A stretch of 64,000 nt of DNA from an uncultured Acidobacteriota bacterium (lineage in GTDB: Bacteria; Acidobacteriota; Terriglobia; UBA7540). The notes below the pieces were generated by a model. It made no database searches, was not told the DNA's origin, and saw nothing but the letters and a program-made list of their open reading frames with translations. The stretch covers positions 1,120,001 through 1,184,000 of the forward strand of contig CAWDSK010000005.1 of assembly GCA_963804995.1 (NCBI GenBank), written 5' to 3'. This document shows positions 32,140 through 41,302 of this stretch, one piece after another. The translations under genes and the position numbers were made by a program. Position 1 is the first letter of the stretch, and every line of letters starts with the position of its first letter.

Positions 32140-33908
32140 GAACGTGTGAAGAAATTAGCCTGAAAACCAACAAGAATGCCTAGGTGGAAAGTGGTAGGTC
32201 GGGTACACTGCGGGCATGACAACCAAGCCTCCGGTTACTCGACCTCGTTTGACTGCGGTGAATCGGTGCCAGATGGTGATGCGGGCGATTGATGTGGAGC
32301 GACTGATTGAGGAAGATCACCCCGCGCGCTCGATTTGGGAGTTGGTAGGGCGGCTGGATCTGAGTCGGTATTATGCCGGCATCGCCGCCGTGGAGGGGCG
32401 GGCGGGGAGGGAGCACACCGATCCGCAGGTTTTGATCAGTCTCTGGCTGTATGCCTACAGCCGCGGGATCAGTTCGGCGCGCGAGATGGCGCGGCGGTGC
32501 GAATATGAACCGGCCTTTCAGTGGCTGTGCGGGCTGGAGCCGATCAGTCACCGCACGCTGTCCGGGTTTCGTTCCAGTCAAAAGGCGGCGCTGGACGATC
32601 TCTTCGTGCAGGTGCTGGGGATGCTGAGCGCCGAGGGTCTGATCACTCTGGAGCGCGTGACGCTGGACGGCACGAAGATCAAGGCCAATGCCGGCGGCAA
32701 TACGTTCCGGCGCCAGCCGACGCTCGAAGCTCACCTGCAATTGGCCCGCGAACAAGTGCGGCTGATGGAGGAACAAGCGGCGGAAGAAGAGCAGATGGCC
32801 AGGCGGCAGGTGGCGGCGCGGCAGCGGGCCGCACGGCAACGCCGGAGCCGTTTGGAGGCTGCCGTACGCGAGGTCGAGCGCTTACAGCGCGAGAAAAAGG
32901 ACGATCGCGACAGTTTTGTGGCCCGCGCCTCCAGCACCGACCCGGAAGCCCACGTCATGAGAAATGGCGAGGGCGGCACGGTTCCGAGCTACAACGTGCA
33001 ACTGCTGACGGACACCACGCACGGGCTGATCGTGAATGTGGAGGCGACCACCGATGCCATCGATCATCGCCAACTGGAACCGGCCCTCAACCGCTGCGCG
33101 CAAACGCTGGGACGCCATCCCCGGCAGATCGTTGCCGATGGCGACTACACCAATCACGCCTCGGTCGCGGCGGCGGCGAACTGCGGAGTGGATTTTTATG
33201 GATCGTGGCAGGCGAGTTGGAAGCCCGGCGAACGCGACGCCCAAGGCCGCCGCGCCGCGTTTCTGGCCAGCGCCTTCCACTATCGTGCCGAGCACGACAG
33301 CTTCACTTGCCCGGCGGGAGAAATCCTGACTCACCGTGCGATACAGAATCGCGGGCACGGGGTCCGCGTCCACGTCTATCGCGCGCCGCGGGAGGCTTGT
33401 CGTACGTGTACGTTACGCAGCCAGTGCGCCCCGCAAAAAGCGCGCTCCCAATGGGTCCGATCGATTACGCGCCTGGAGGAACCCGCGGCGACCCTGGCCT
33501 TCAAGGCCAAGATGGCCACGGAAGAAGCGCAGCGGATTTACGGTCAACGGTCGCGTATCGCCGAGTTCCCCCACGCCTGGATTAAAGAACGCTGCGGCCT
33601 GCGCCAGTTCCGCTGTCGCGGCCGCCTGAAAGCAACCCTGGAGGCAACGTGGGCGGCGCTGAGTTATAACCTGACCCGATGGTTCGCCCTGCAGCGACGG
33701 CCCACCCTGACCGATGCCGCCCTGGCGCCGGCGTAAGTGAAGAGCGCCAAAGCGCCACACGAGGATGAGGAAGAAATCATGCTGCCGCCGGTGCTCACCT
33801 GGCAACCTCACCCCCAGCCGCGATTACCCGCACCACGAAAGTGAAATCATCGTGCATCCCGACTTATCCCTATCCCGCGATTCTCAAAACACATTTCTTC
33901 ACACGTTC
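32140..33908 (+). mobile_element. IS1182-family IS, copy 1
   Basis: TIRs GAACGTGTGAAGAAAT / ATTTCTTCACACGTTC; 3-bp duplication CTG. Confidence 0.92.
32216..33736 (+). CDS. IS1182-family transposase
   Basis: LIEEDHPAR, LWLYAYSRGISSAR, LDGTKIKANA, TDPEA, YNVQ, ADGDY, RSRIAEFP. Confidence 0.93.
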   Translation: MTTKPPVTRPRLTAVNRCQMVMRAIDVERLIEEDHPARSIWELVGRLDLSRYYAGIAAVEGRAGREHTDPQVLISLWLYAYSRGISSAREMARRCEYEPAFQWLCGLEPISHRTLSGFRSSQKAALDDLFVQVLGMLSAEGLITLERVTLDGTKIKANAGGNTFRRQPTLEAHLQLAREQVRLMEEQAAEEEQMARRQVAARQRAARQRRSRLEAAVREVERLQREKKDDRDSFVARASSTDPEAHVMRNGEGGTVPSYNVQLLTDTTHGLIVNVEATTDAIDHRQLEPALNRCAQTLGRHPRQIVADGDYTNHASVAAAANCGVDFYGSWQASWKPGERDAQGRRAAFLASAFHYRAEHDSFTCPAGEILTHRAIQNRGHGVRVHVYRAPREACRTCTLRSQCAPQKARSQWVRSITRLEEPAATLAFKAKMATEEAQRIYGQRSRIAEFPHAWIKERCGLRQFRCRGRLKATLEATWAALSYNLTRWFALQRRPTLTDAALAPA

Positions 33909-34225
33909 CTGACACCGTTTCCCTCTTGACACCGTTTCCCTCTATTCCTACTTCTTTTCGCTCTCTTTTTTTTCTTTCTGTTGCTCCAAAACCCTTCCGC
34001 CCGACGGATGTCCCTGCCTAGTCTGCCTCGCAGCGTCTTCCACTTCTTTCTTTGTTGGCACCGGCACCGTCTCTTTTTCTCTAGCCATTTCTAAACCCCC
34101 TAAATGATTTTGTTGACTTCCTTGTTAGTGTATCATATTCGCCATTTCTTCGCCACCAAAAAAGCGGGGTAGCGCAGACGTAGCCGCTGTTTGGGGGAAA
34201 TGGTGTCAGGGGGAAATGGTGTCAG

Positions 34226-35994
34226 GAACGTGTGAAGAAATTAGCCTGAAAACCAACAAGAATGCCTAGGTGGAAAGTGGTAGGTCGGGTACACTGCGGG
34301 CATGACGACCAAGCCTCCGGTTACTCGACCTCGTTTGACTGCGGTGAATCGGTGCCAGATGGTGATGCGGGCGATTGATGTGGAGCGACTGATTGAGGAA
34401 GATCACCCCGCGCGCTCGATTTGGGAGTTGGTAGGGCGGCTGGATCTGAGTCGGTATTATGCCGGCATCGCCGCCGTGGAGGGGCGGGCGGGGAGGGAGC
34501 ACACCGATCCGCAGGTTTTGATCAGTCTCTGGCTGTATGCCTACAGCCGCGGGATCAGTTCGGCGCGCGAGATGGCGCGGCGGTGCGAATATGAACCGGC
34601 CTTTCAGTGGCTGTGCGGGCTGGAGCCGATCAGTCACCGCACGCTGTCCGGGTTTCGTTCCAGTCAAAAGGCGGCGCTGGACGATCTCTTCGTGCAGGTG
34701 CTGGGGATGCTGAGCGCCGAGGGTCTGATCACTCTGGAGCGCGTGACGCTGGACGGCACGAAGATCAAGGCCAATGCCGGCGGCAATACGTTCCGGCGCC
34801 AGCCGACGCTCGAAGCTCACCTGCAATTGGCCCGCGAACAAGTGCGGCTGATGGAGGAACAAGCGGCGGAAGAAGAGCAGATGGCCAGGCGGCAGGTGGC
34901 GGCGCGGCAGCGGGCCGCACGGCAACGCCGGAGCCGTTTGGAGGCTGCCGTACGCGAGGTCGAGCGCTTACAGCGCGAGAAAAAGGACGATCGCGACAGT
35001 TTTGTGGCCCGCGCCTCCAGCACCGACCCGGAAGCCCACGTCATGAGAAATGGCGAGGGCGGCACGGTTCCGAGCTACAACGTGCAACTGCTGACGGACA
35101 CCACGCACGGGCTGATCGTGAATGTGGAGGCGACCACCGATGCCATCGATCATCGCCAACTGGAACCGGCCCTCAACCGCTGCGCGCAAACGCTGGGACG
35201 CCATCCCCGGCAGATCGTTGCCGATGGCGACTACACCAATCACGCCTCGGTCGCGGCGGCGGCGAACTGCGGAGTGGATTTTTATGGATCGTGGCAGGCG
35301 AGTTGGAAGCCCGGCGAACGCGACGCCCAAGGCCGCCGCGCCGCGTTTCTGGCCAGCGCCTTCCACTATCGTGCCGAGCACGACAGCTTCACTTGCCCGG
35401 CGGGAGAAATCCTGACTCACCGTGCGATACAGAATCGCGGGCACGGGGTCCGCGTCCACGTCTATCGCGCGCCGCGGGAGGCTTGTCGTACGTGTACGTT
35501 ACGCAGCCAGTGCGCCCCGCAAAAAGCGCGCTCCCAATGGGTCCGATCGATTACGCGCCTGGAGGAACCCGCGGCGACCCTGGCCTTCAAGGCCAAGATG
35601 GCCACGGAAGAAGCGCAGCGGATTTACGGTCAACGGTCGCGTATCGCCGAGTTCCCCCACGCCTGGATTAAAGAACGCTGCGGCCTGCGCCAGTTCCGCT
35701 GTCGCGGCCGCCTGAAAGCAACCCTGGAGGCAACGTGGGCGGCGCTGAGTTATAACCTGACCCGATGGTTCGCCCTGCAGCGACGGCCCACCCTGACCGA
35801 TGCCGCCCTGGCGCCGGCGTAAGTGAAGAGCGCCAAAGCGCCACACGAGGATGAGGAAGAAATCATGCTGCCGCCGGTGCTCACCTGGCAACCTCACCCC
35901 CAGCCGCGATTACCCGCACCACGAAAGTGAAATCATCGTGCATCCCGACTTATCCCTATCCCGCGATTCTCAAAACACATTTCTTCACACGTTC
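34226..35994 (+). mobile_element. IS1182-family IS, copy 2 (near-identical)
   Basis: Same TIRs and 1769-bp length; 3-bp duplication CAG; one silent difference noticed at codon 2. Confidence 0.92.
34302..35822 (+). CDS. IS1182-family transposase
   Basis: Protein identical to 32216-33736. Confidence 0.93.
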   Translation: MTTKPPVTRPRLTAVNRCQMVMRAIDVERLIEEDHPARSIWELVGRLDLSRYYAGIAAVEGRAGREHTDPQVLISLWLYAYSRGISSAREMARRCEYEPAFQWLCGLEPISHRTLSGFRSSQKAALDDLFVQVLGMLSAEGLITLERVTLDGTKIKANAGGNTFRRQPTLEAHLQLAREQVRLMEEQAAEEEQMARRQVAARQRAARQRRSRLEAAVREVERLQREKKDDRDSFVARASSTDPEAHVMRNGEGGTVPSYNVQLLTDTTHGLIVNVEATTDAIDHRQLEPALNRCAQTLGRHPRQIVADGDYTNHASVAAAANCGVDFYGSWQASWKPGERDAQGRRAAFLASAFHYRAEHDSFTCPAGEILTHRAIQNRGHGVRVHVYRAPREACRTCTLRSQCAPQKARSQWVRSITRLEEPAATLAFKAKMATEEAQRIYGQRSRIAEFPHAWIKERCGLRQFRCRGRLKATLEATWAALSYNLTRWFALQRRPTLTDAALAPA

Positions 35995-36013
35995 CAGGTA
36001 CCCTTTTTTTTAG

Positions 36014-36163
36014 TGGCTGAACCATCCCCAACCGAAGGAGGAAATTGAAAACATCCGGTATGCCATTAAGCGCAGCAGGCCGTACGGTTCGGAGCCCTGG
36101 GTGTCGAAGGCGGTGGCGGAGTTTGGATTGAAAAATACCCTCCGCAACTCGTAGCCCCGAAAA
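36014..36163 (+). pseudogene. C-terminal remnant of a REP-associated tyrosine transposase (RAYT)-like gene
   Basis: Manual translation WLNHPQPKEEIENIRYAIKRSRPYGSEPWVSKAVAEFGLKNTLRNS*PRK resembles RAYT C-tails (recognised from memory); bracketed by inverted GGTACCTGACACC repeats. Confidence 0.55.
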
Positions 36164-36279
36164 GGGTACCTGACACCGTTTGTCCCCTCTGACACCGTTT
36201 GTCCCCTCACCGTTTGTCCCTCCCCTTGGGTGGAAGCAACTCGCTTGCCGTGGACTGGGAAAGAGCGTAATCTTACAGC

Positions 36280-36522
36280 ATGAACACTCTGGATGCCAAA
36301 GAGGCAGGGGAAAAGCTTGACCGAATTCTGGACGAGGCGGCCGAAGCGCATCAACCTGTCTTGATTACCAGTCTGCGCGCCAATGCCGTGCTGGTGCCCG
36401 AGGAAGATTGGAATGCCATTCAGGAGACCCTTTACCTCCTATCGGTGCCGGGCATGCGTGAATCCATTCGGGTGGGACTGGAAACCCCTATTGAGGAATG
36501 TGAGAAAGAGCCCGGCTGGTGA
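36280..36522 (+). CDS. yefM: Phd/YefM-family antitoxin
   Basis: HQPVLIT...NAVLVPEEDWNAIQETLYLLSVPGMRESI. Confidence 0.9.
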   Translation: MNTLDAKEAGEKLDRILDEAAEAHQPVLITSLRANAVLVPEEDWNAIQETLYLLSVPGMRESIRVGLETPIEECEKEPGW

Positions 36523-36785
36523 ACGATTGGAATCTTGTTTACACAAGGCAAGCGCAGAAGGACGCGAAACGGCTTGCGGCGTCGGGGCTGCGGGAGAGAG
36601 CGCAAAAGCTCCTCGACTTGCTGGCCAAAGATCCTTTTTCAAAACCCCCACCATTTGAAAAACTAGTCGGCGATTTGGCCGGCGCCTACTCAAGACGTAT
36701 CAATATTCAGCACAGGCTCGTGTACCAGGTCATTCCAGAGCGCCGGACAGTCAAAGTGCTGCGAATGTGGACGCACTATGAGTGA
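36519..36785 (+). CDS. yoeB: Txe/YoeB-family toxin
   Basis: FEKLVGDLAGAYSRRINIQHRLVY...MWTHYE; GTGA overlap with the antitoxin. Confidence 0.92.
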   Translation: MNDWNLVYTRQAQKDAKRLAASGLRERAQKLLDLLAKDPFSKPPPFEKLVGDLAGAYSRRINIQHRLVYQVIPERRTVKVLRMWTHYE

Positions 36786-37046
36786 CAGGAGAAACGGTGA
36801 AGAAACCGTGTCAGTAGGCCGGGGGCAAGCGCACTGTGATGACGAAGTATCGATCCGAACAAAAGGACGCCGCAACTTCGACACGGCCCTACAGTACAGC
36901 GCTGTGAACATGATTGCGACCGAAAAGACGCGGACCGCAAAACCGGCGGTCCGCGCCACCGGCTGCGCTACCTGCTCCATCACGGGGCCGAAAAGACGCG
37001 GACCACAAAAGCGGTGGTCCGCGCTACCCCCTCCAAAGGAGAAACA

Positions 37047-38060
37047 ATGATGAGCCTCGAATCACTGAGGATACACCGGAGGAATCTTAGAGTGTCCGGC
37101 TGCGGCTCGCAAGAAGCGAGGAATTCGGCGTCACGTACTCGCACATGGAGTGGCTATGCCGTCCTCACGGTACTGGTAAGCTGTGCAGTCCTAGGTGGGG
37201 CCGCCCTGGTTGCAGGCAAGCAACCGAAGGCATTCACGAAGTCAAACCTTCAAGTTGCAACCCCCTATGGAAAGCTCGTGGTGAACCTTTCGATTGCGCC
37301 GAAGGATTCCCCTGACCTTCTGTTTTTGTCAGGAACTGTGGCAAACCAAACCGACCGTGCTTGGGGCCACGTGGAATTTAACACTACCCTCCTCGATAAG
37401 GACGGTCGAGCGCTTCCGACCGGTTTGATCATCACCGCTACCACTGCGTGTGATTTGGCGAGAGGCGGGGTCTGCCCGCTATTAGAAAGTCCGCTTACCT
37501 TTGAGGGCTTTCCGCGCCGACCACTGGAGAAGATTGCCGATGCACGTGTCGAGTTCGACGCCAAACTCAGCTCCTACAAGTTCAGATATGTTTTCAGGCT
37601 AATCAAACCGACCGCGAGTGACAACCTGCTTTTTGAGGATTCTATCATCAGCATTCGGTTTGTGGTAGGCGAGGAAGCTAGAGGGGTACAATTTGCTCTC
37701 CAAAACAAAACAGACTCACCGATTCTTGTAAATTGGGATAAAGCCGCGTATATGGACCCTTCCGGTGAATCACACCGAGTGATCCACACAGGCATCGTTT
37801 TCGCAGATCGCAGCAAAGCCCAGTCACTTACCTCTATTGCGCCGACAGGGAGAATTAACGATGGCGTGTTTCCCGCCGACTACATAGACTGGAGTAATGC
37901 GACTAACGACTGGACTCAAACAATTCTCTTCCCGCAGACAGCCGCAGCTGAACCTGGCCGCATGAAGGGCCAGAGATTTGGCGTGTTGCTGCCTGTGACC
38001 GTCAACGGAGTGGAGAAGAACTATTTTTTCCAAATTCAGATTGCCGATGTGGTGATATGA
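37047..38060 (+). CDS. Hypothetical exported/membrane-anchored protein
   Basis: AAGGAG RBS, hydrophobic segment YAVLTVLVSCAVLGGAALVAG; visibly lower GC than core genes; bracketed by 42-bp inverted repeats. Confidence 0.7.
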   Translation: MMSLESLRIHRRNLRVSGCGSQEARNSASRTRTWSGYAVLTVLVSCAVLGGAALVAGKQPKAFTKSNLQVATPYGKLVVNLSIAPKDSPDLLFLSGTVANQTDRAWGHVEFNTTLLDKDGRALPTGLIITATTACDLARGGVCPLLESPLTFEGFPRRPLEKIADARVEFDAKLSSYKFRYVFRLIKPTASDNLLFEDSIISIRFVVGEEARGVQFALQNKTDSPILVNWDKAAYMDPSGESHRVIHTGIVFADRSKAQSLTSIAPTGRINDGVFPADYIDWSNATNDWTQTILFPQTAAAEPGRMKGQRFGVLLPVTVNGVEKNYFFQIQIADVVI

Positions 38061-38146
38061 CCAGGTAGTGCGGACCACCGCTTTTGTGGTCAGCGTCTTT
38101 TCGGCGCGTGATGGGGGAAACGGTGTCAGGAACCGTTTTCTTCCTC

Positions 38147-38461
38147 CTAGGTGGGATTGAGGGCAGAACCCTGGCGGCTCGGCGACCGCTTTCCGCGGTG
38201 CGGGGATTTGTGCGGCGCGCGGCTCTTGGGCAGGAGCCGACCGGTCGATCGACGACTCTCGCGCACCAGATCCAGAATTTCTTTCCGGGAGAGACCCGCA
38301 TCGATGCCCGGCACGTCCAGCGGTGAACCGGAACGCGCGGCCGGGCGGACCAAAAAGGCCTGCCCATCGCGGCGGCGAATCTCCACTCCCCCTTCGCGGC
38401 TGGCGCGGTTCAGCAGTTCCGTCAGTTGCTGCCTTGCTTCCGAATAGTTATATACTTTCAT
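38147..38461 (-). CDS. Phd/YefM (prevent-host-death) antitoxin
   Basis: MKVYNYSEARQQLTELLNRA...VEIRRRDG...SPLDVPGI. Confidence 0.85.
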   Translation of the reverse strand: MKVYNYSEARQQLTELLNRASREGGVEIRRRDGQAFLVRPAARSGSPLDVPGIDAGLSRKEILDLVRESRRSTGRLLPKSRAPHKSPHRGKRSPSRQGSALNPT

Positions 38462-38658
38462 CTAAAAGCTTGCTGCACGTCCGCCGCGGATAGCCGCTTT
38501 CGACGAACGCCCGCCACCAGGGCATTGCCGATCTCCCAAGGTAAGGAGGGCGCCCCCACCAGACTGTATCCTTCCGTGGCGTTAACCAGCGCCCGCCGCG
38601 TGGGTTCGTTCAGCAGCACCGCAAGCAGGACCGAAGTATCAACGACCAGAGAAGCCAT
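38458..38658 (-). pseudogene. Truncated PIN-domain (VapC) toxin
   Basis: LVVDTSVLLAVLLNE...PWEIGNAL, only ~66 aa; the C-terminal catalytic half is missing. Confidence 0.75.
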
Positions 38659-38806
38659 ACCGTACAATTGTACGTTTTCTGATCCGGTTTATCAAGTGGG
38701 AAAGGTGTCAGGGGTGCGCGACATAAATGTAACGCTCTGGGCTGGCTCTTTTTTTGTCGCTTATATCCTAACGTATATGATACGTTAGGATAGAGGAGGC
38801 CTTAAC

Positions 38807-39211
38807 ATGCCCCAATCCCTTAACGTCCTGGAGAACCAACGGGCGGAGTTGATCCGCCAGATCGCCCAACTGGGTGACCTCCGCAGTGGTTCGATCACCA
38901 GCATTACCGCCCGCTGCGGCAAGTCCAACTGTCACTGTCATCAGCCCCATCATCCCGGCCACGGCCCTAACTTCCGGCTCACTTACAAGGTGCAGGGCCG
39001 GACCGTCAGCGAAACCTTCCCCAGCCCTGCCGCCCGGCACCAGGCGGAACGACAGATTGCCGAGTTCCGCAGGTTTCAACAACTGCGCCGGGCCTTCGTG
39101 GAGGTGAACGAAAAAATCTGCCGTCAGCGCCCCCTCCCCCAGGAGGCCGAAGCGGCGGAGCAGGAAAAAAAACGGCGGAAGCCATTCAGCGGGAAGTGGC
39201 GCGAGAAGTAG
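38807..39211 (+). CDS. IS accessory protein (DUF6788-like)
   Basis: GDLRSGSI...CGKSNCHC...GHGP; overlaps the transposase start. Confidence 0.75.
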   Translation: MPQSLNVLENQRAELIRQIAQLGDLRSGSITSITARCGKSNCHCHQPHHPGHGPNFRLTYKVQGRTVSETFPSPAARHQAERQIAEFRRFQQLRRAFVEVNEKICRQRPLPQEAEAAEQEKKRRKPFSGKWREK

Positions 39212-40524
39212 AGTCCCTGCTGGCGGTGATCTTTGCTGGGCGGCGCAAGTCCGGGACGCTGGATTTGGAAGCCGTCGAGATGGCCACACGCGCGGCCTTG
39301 CACCGGGCGGGGGCGGCGGTGCTGGAGGAGTTGCTGGCCGCCCCGGACGAGTGCCCTCGCCAAGTTCCCTGCGGCTGTGGTCGGGGGGCCCCCTACCGCG
39401 GCAGGCGTCGGAAGCAACTGCTGACCGTGCTGGGGCGGGTCGAGACCGAGCGTCCCTATTACGTTTGTCCGGCCTGTCACCGGGGACAGAGTCCCCGCGA
39501 TCAGGAACTGGATGTGGAGGGCACGGAATATTCTCCTGGGGTGCGACGGATGATGGCGGTGGTGGGCAGCGAAACCTCCTTTGCGCTCGGTCGAGAACAA
39601 CTGCAACTGCTGGCCGGGTTGGAGGTGACCACCAAGGCCGTGGAACGGCAGGCAGAGGCTCTGGGCGCCGAGATTGCTGCCCAGGAACAAGCCTCGATCC
39701 AGCAAGGCCTGCAACGGAACTTGCCGCAGGTGAGGGGACCGGAAATTCCGGTACTCTATGTGGAGATGGATGGGACGGGAGTACCGGTGGTGAGTTCGGA
39801 AACCGAGGGTCGAGCGGGGAAACAGAGCGAGCAAGCGCGCACGCGGGAAGTGAAATTAGGTTGTGTCTTCGCCCAGACGACACGGGATGCCCGGGGCCGA
39901 CCGGCGCGCGAAGAAGGCTCCACCACCTACACGGGAGGCATCGAAACGGCCGAGGTTTTTGGGCGACGCATCTACCTCGAAGCATATCGTCGGGGCTGGA
40001 ACCGGGCCCAAAAGAAAGTGGTGATCGGCGATGGTGCTCCTTGGATTTGGAACCTCACCGCCGAGCACTTTCCGGGAGCCATTCAGATTGTGGATCTTTA
40101 TCATGCCCGACAGCACTTATGGGAGCTGTCGGGCCAGCTCTGGCCCACCGACGAGCGCCACCGCCGAAGGTGGACCAGAAAACGGGAGGAGAAGTTGGAG
40201 AGCGGGCGGATCGAATCCCTAGTGCGCGATTTGCGCTCGCTGTTCCCAGCCACGCCCGAAGCCGCCGAACTCTTGCGCCACGCGGCAGATTATTTTACCG
40301 TCAACGCCCAACGGATGCGCTATCCGACCTTTCGGCGTCAGCATCTGTTCGTAGGTTCCGGGGTCGTCGAAGCCGGCTGCAAAACCCTCATCGGCACTCG
40401 GCTGAAGCGCTCCGGTATGTTCTGGAGGGTCCGCGGGGCCAATGCCATCATCGCCCTTCGCTGCCATCGCTTGAGCGGCAAATTCGAGGATTACTGGGAG
40501 AACCGTCGCCCCCGCGCGGCCTGA
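39196..40524 (+). CDS. ISKra4-family transposase
   Basis: CGCG...RPYYVCPAC, MDGTGVP, REVKLG, GDGAPWIW, DLYHARQHL, GSGVVEAGCK. Confidence 0.9.
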   Translation: MAREVESLLAVIFAGRRKSGTLDLEAVEMATRAALHRAGAAVLEELLAAPDECPRQVPCGCGRGAPYRGRRRKQLLTVLGRVETERPYYVCPACHRGQSPRDQELDVEGTEYSPGVRRMMAVVGSETSFALGREQLQLLAGLEVTTKAVERQAEALGAEIAAQEQASIQQGLQRNLPQVRGPEIPVLYVEMDGTGVPVVSSETEGRAGKQSEQARTREVKLGCVFAQTTRDARGRPAREEGSTTYTGGIETAEVFGRRIYLEAYRRGWNRAQKKVVIGDGAPWIWNLTAEHFPGAIQIVDLYHARQHLWELSGQLWPTDERHRRRWTRKREEKLESGRIESLVRDLRSLFPATPEAAELLRHAADYFTVNAQRMRYPTFRRQHLFVGSGVVEAGCKTLIGTRLKRSGMFWRVRGANAIIALRCHRLSGKFEDYWENRRPRAA

Positions 40525-40557
40525 CCCACACAGATTTGTCGCACACCCAGGTGTCAG

Positions 40558-40656
40558 GAACGTGTGAAAAAATTGATATTCGGCCCGTTATCCACAATGT
40601 ATATTGTTGAAAATACAGAGTGCCAAAATTGTTAAAGTCGATTTTTTCACACGTTC
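40558..40656. mobile_element. 99-bp AT-rich MITE with IS1182 ends
   Basis: GAACGTGTGAAAAAAT...ATTTTTTCACACGTTC; CAG duplication. Confidence 0.85.
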
Positions 40657-40667
40657 CAGACACCATT

Positions 40668-40818
40668 TCTGGTGGTCGGCGCCGGAACCAAACAACGCGA
40701 CCCCGGCGGAGTCCGGCCCCCGGCAGGCCAGCCCCTCTAACATCGTGATGAGGATCCGCCCGAGGTTCGAGTTCCGGTTGTCCCGGGTTTTGTCGAAGAA
40801 TCCGGCTATTCCGCACAT
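40668..40818 (-). pseudogene. mgsA: Truncated duplicate of the mgsA 5' end (48 identical residues)
   Basis: MCGIAGFFDKTRDNRNSNLGRILITMLEGLACRGPDSAGVALFGSGAD; the DNA repeat 40668-40946 matches 30916-31200. Confidence 0.9.
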
Positions 40819-40996
40819 GTAAATTTCCTGAGGATTCCGGTATACTAGCAGTATACGCGATGGGTTTCAAGGTTTTTTGGAGAGATTACGACTGAAAAGG
40901 ACAGGCGTTAATTCACCGCAGAGGCGCGGAGACGCTGAGGCACAGACCAAAGGAAGTGCCAGGTTTCAGGAGTGAGGTTTCGGGTGTTAGGTTTTA

Positions 40997-41215
40997 GGGT
41001 CCTGAGTCAGAAGTTCGCAGACGAAGTCTCAATGGGTTCAAAGTCGACCCCCTCACCCGTCCCACCCCGGCTGATGAAAACGCCGGTGGCGGTCCACCCT
41101 CTCCCCCAAAGGGGCGAGGGTGGAAGTTCAACTCTCCCCTCGGTCGCCGCGGCGACAGAGGGGCCGGGGGGTGAGGGGGTTCTCTAATAATCAGCGAACT
41201 TCTGACTCAGGACAT
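40997..41215. mobile_element. MITE with perfect 20-bp TIR core and TA flanks (IS630-like), carrying a CCCTCTCCC-type REP
   Basis: GTCCTGAGTCAGAAGTTCGC (40999) ... GCGAACTTCTGACTCAGGAC (41213). Confidence 0.75.
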
Positions 41216-41302
41216 TAGGGTTTCACTAACACCTGATACCTTTCTCTTCTCTGCGCCTCAGCGCCTCTGCGGTGAGAATTATTTTAGGGGGGTAAGCATT
41301 TC

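Larger units (their letters stand above)
38712..40548 (+). mobile_element. ISKra4/ISLre2-type insertion sequence
   Basis: IRs GGGTGCGCGACA / TGTCGCACACCC; 9-bp duplication AGGTGTCAG (38703-11, 40549-57). Confidence 0.88.

Noticed and set aside
32140..32215. Target-like words (gggtacactg, cctgaaaacc) in the IS1182 left end as an RNA guide
   Set aside because: Short imperfect matches; TACACT is better explained as a -10 box, and the element has ordinary DDE features (TIRs and duplication).
34164..34190. tRNA-like start GCGGGGTAGCGCAG
   Set aside because: No anticodon arm, TTCGA T-loop or acceptor complement follows.
36171..36220. Short repeated units as CRISPR repeats
   Set aside because: 19-bp tandem stutter of the REP arm, without spacers.
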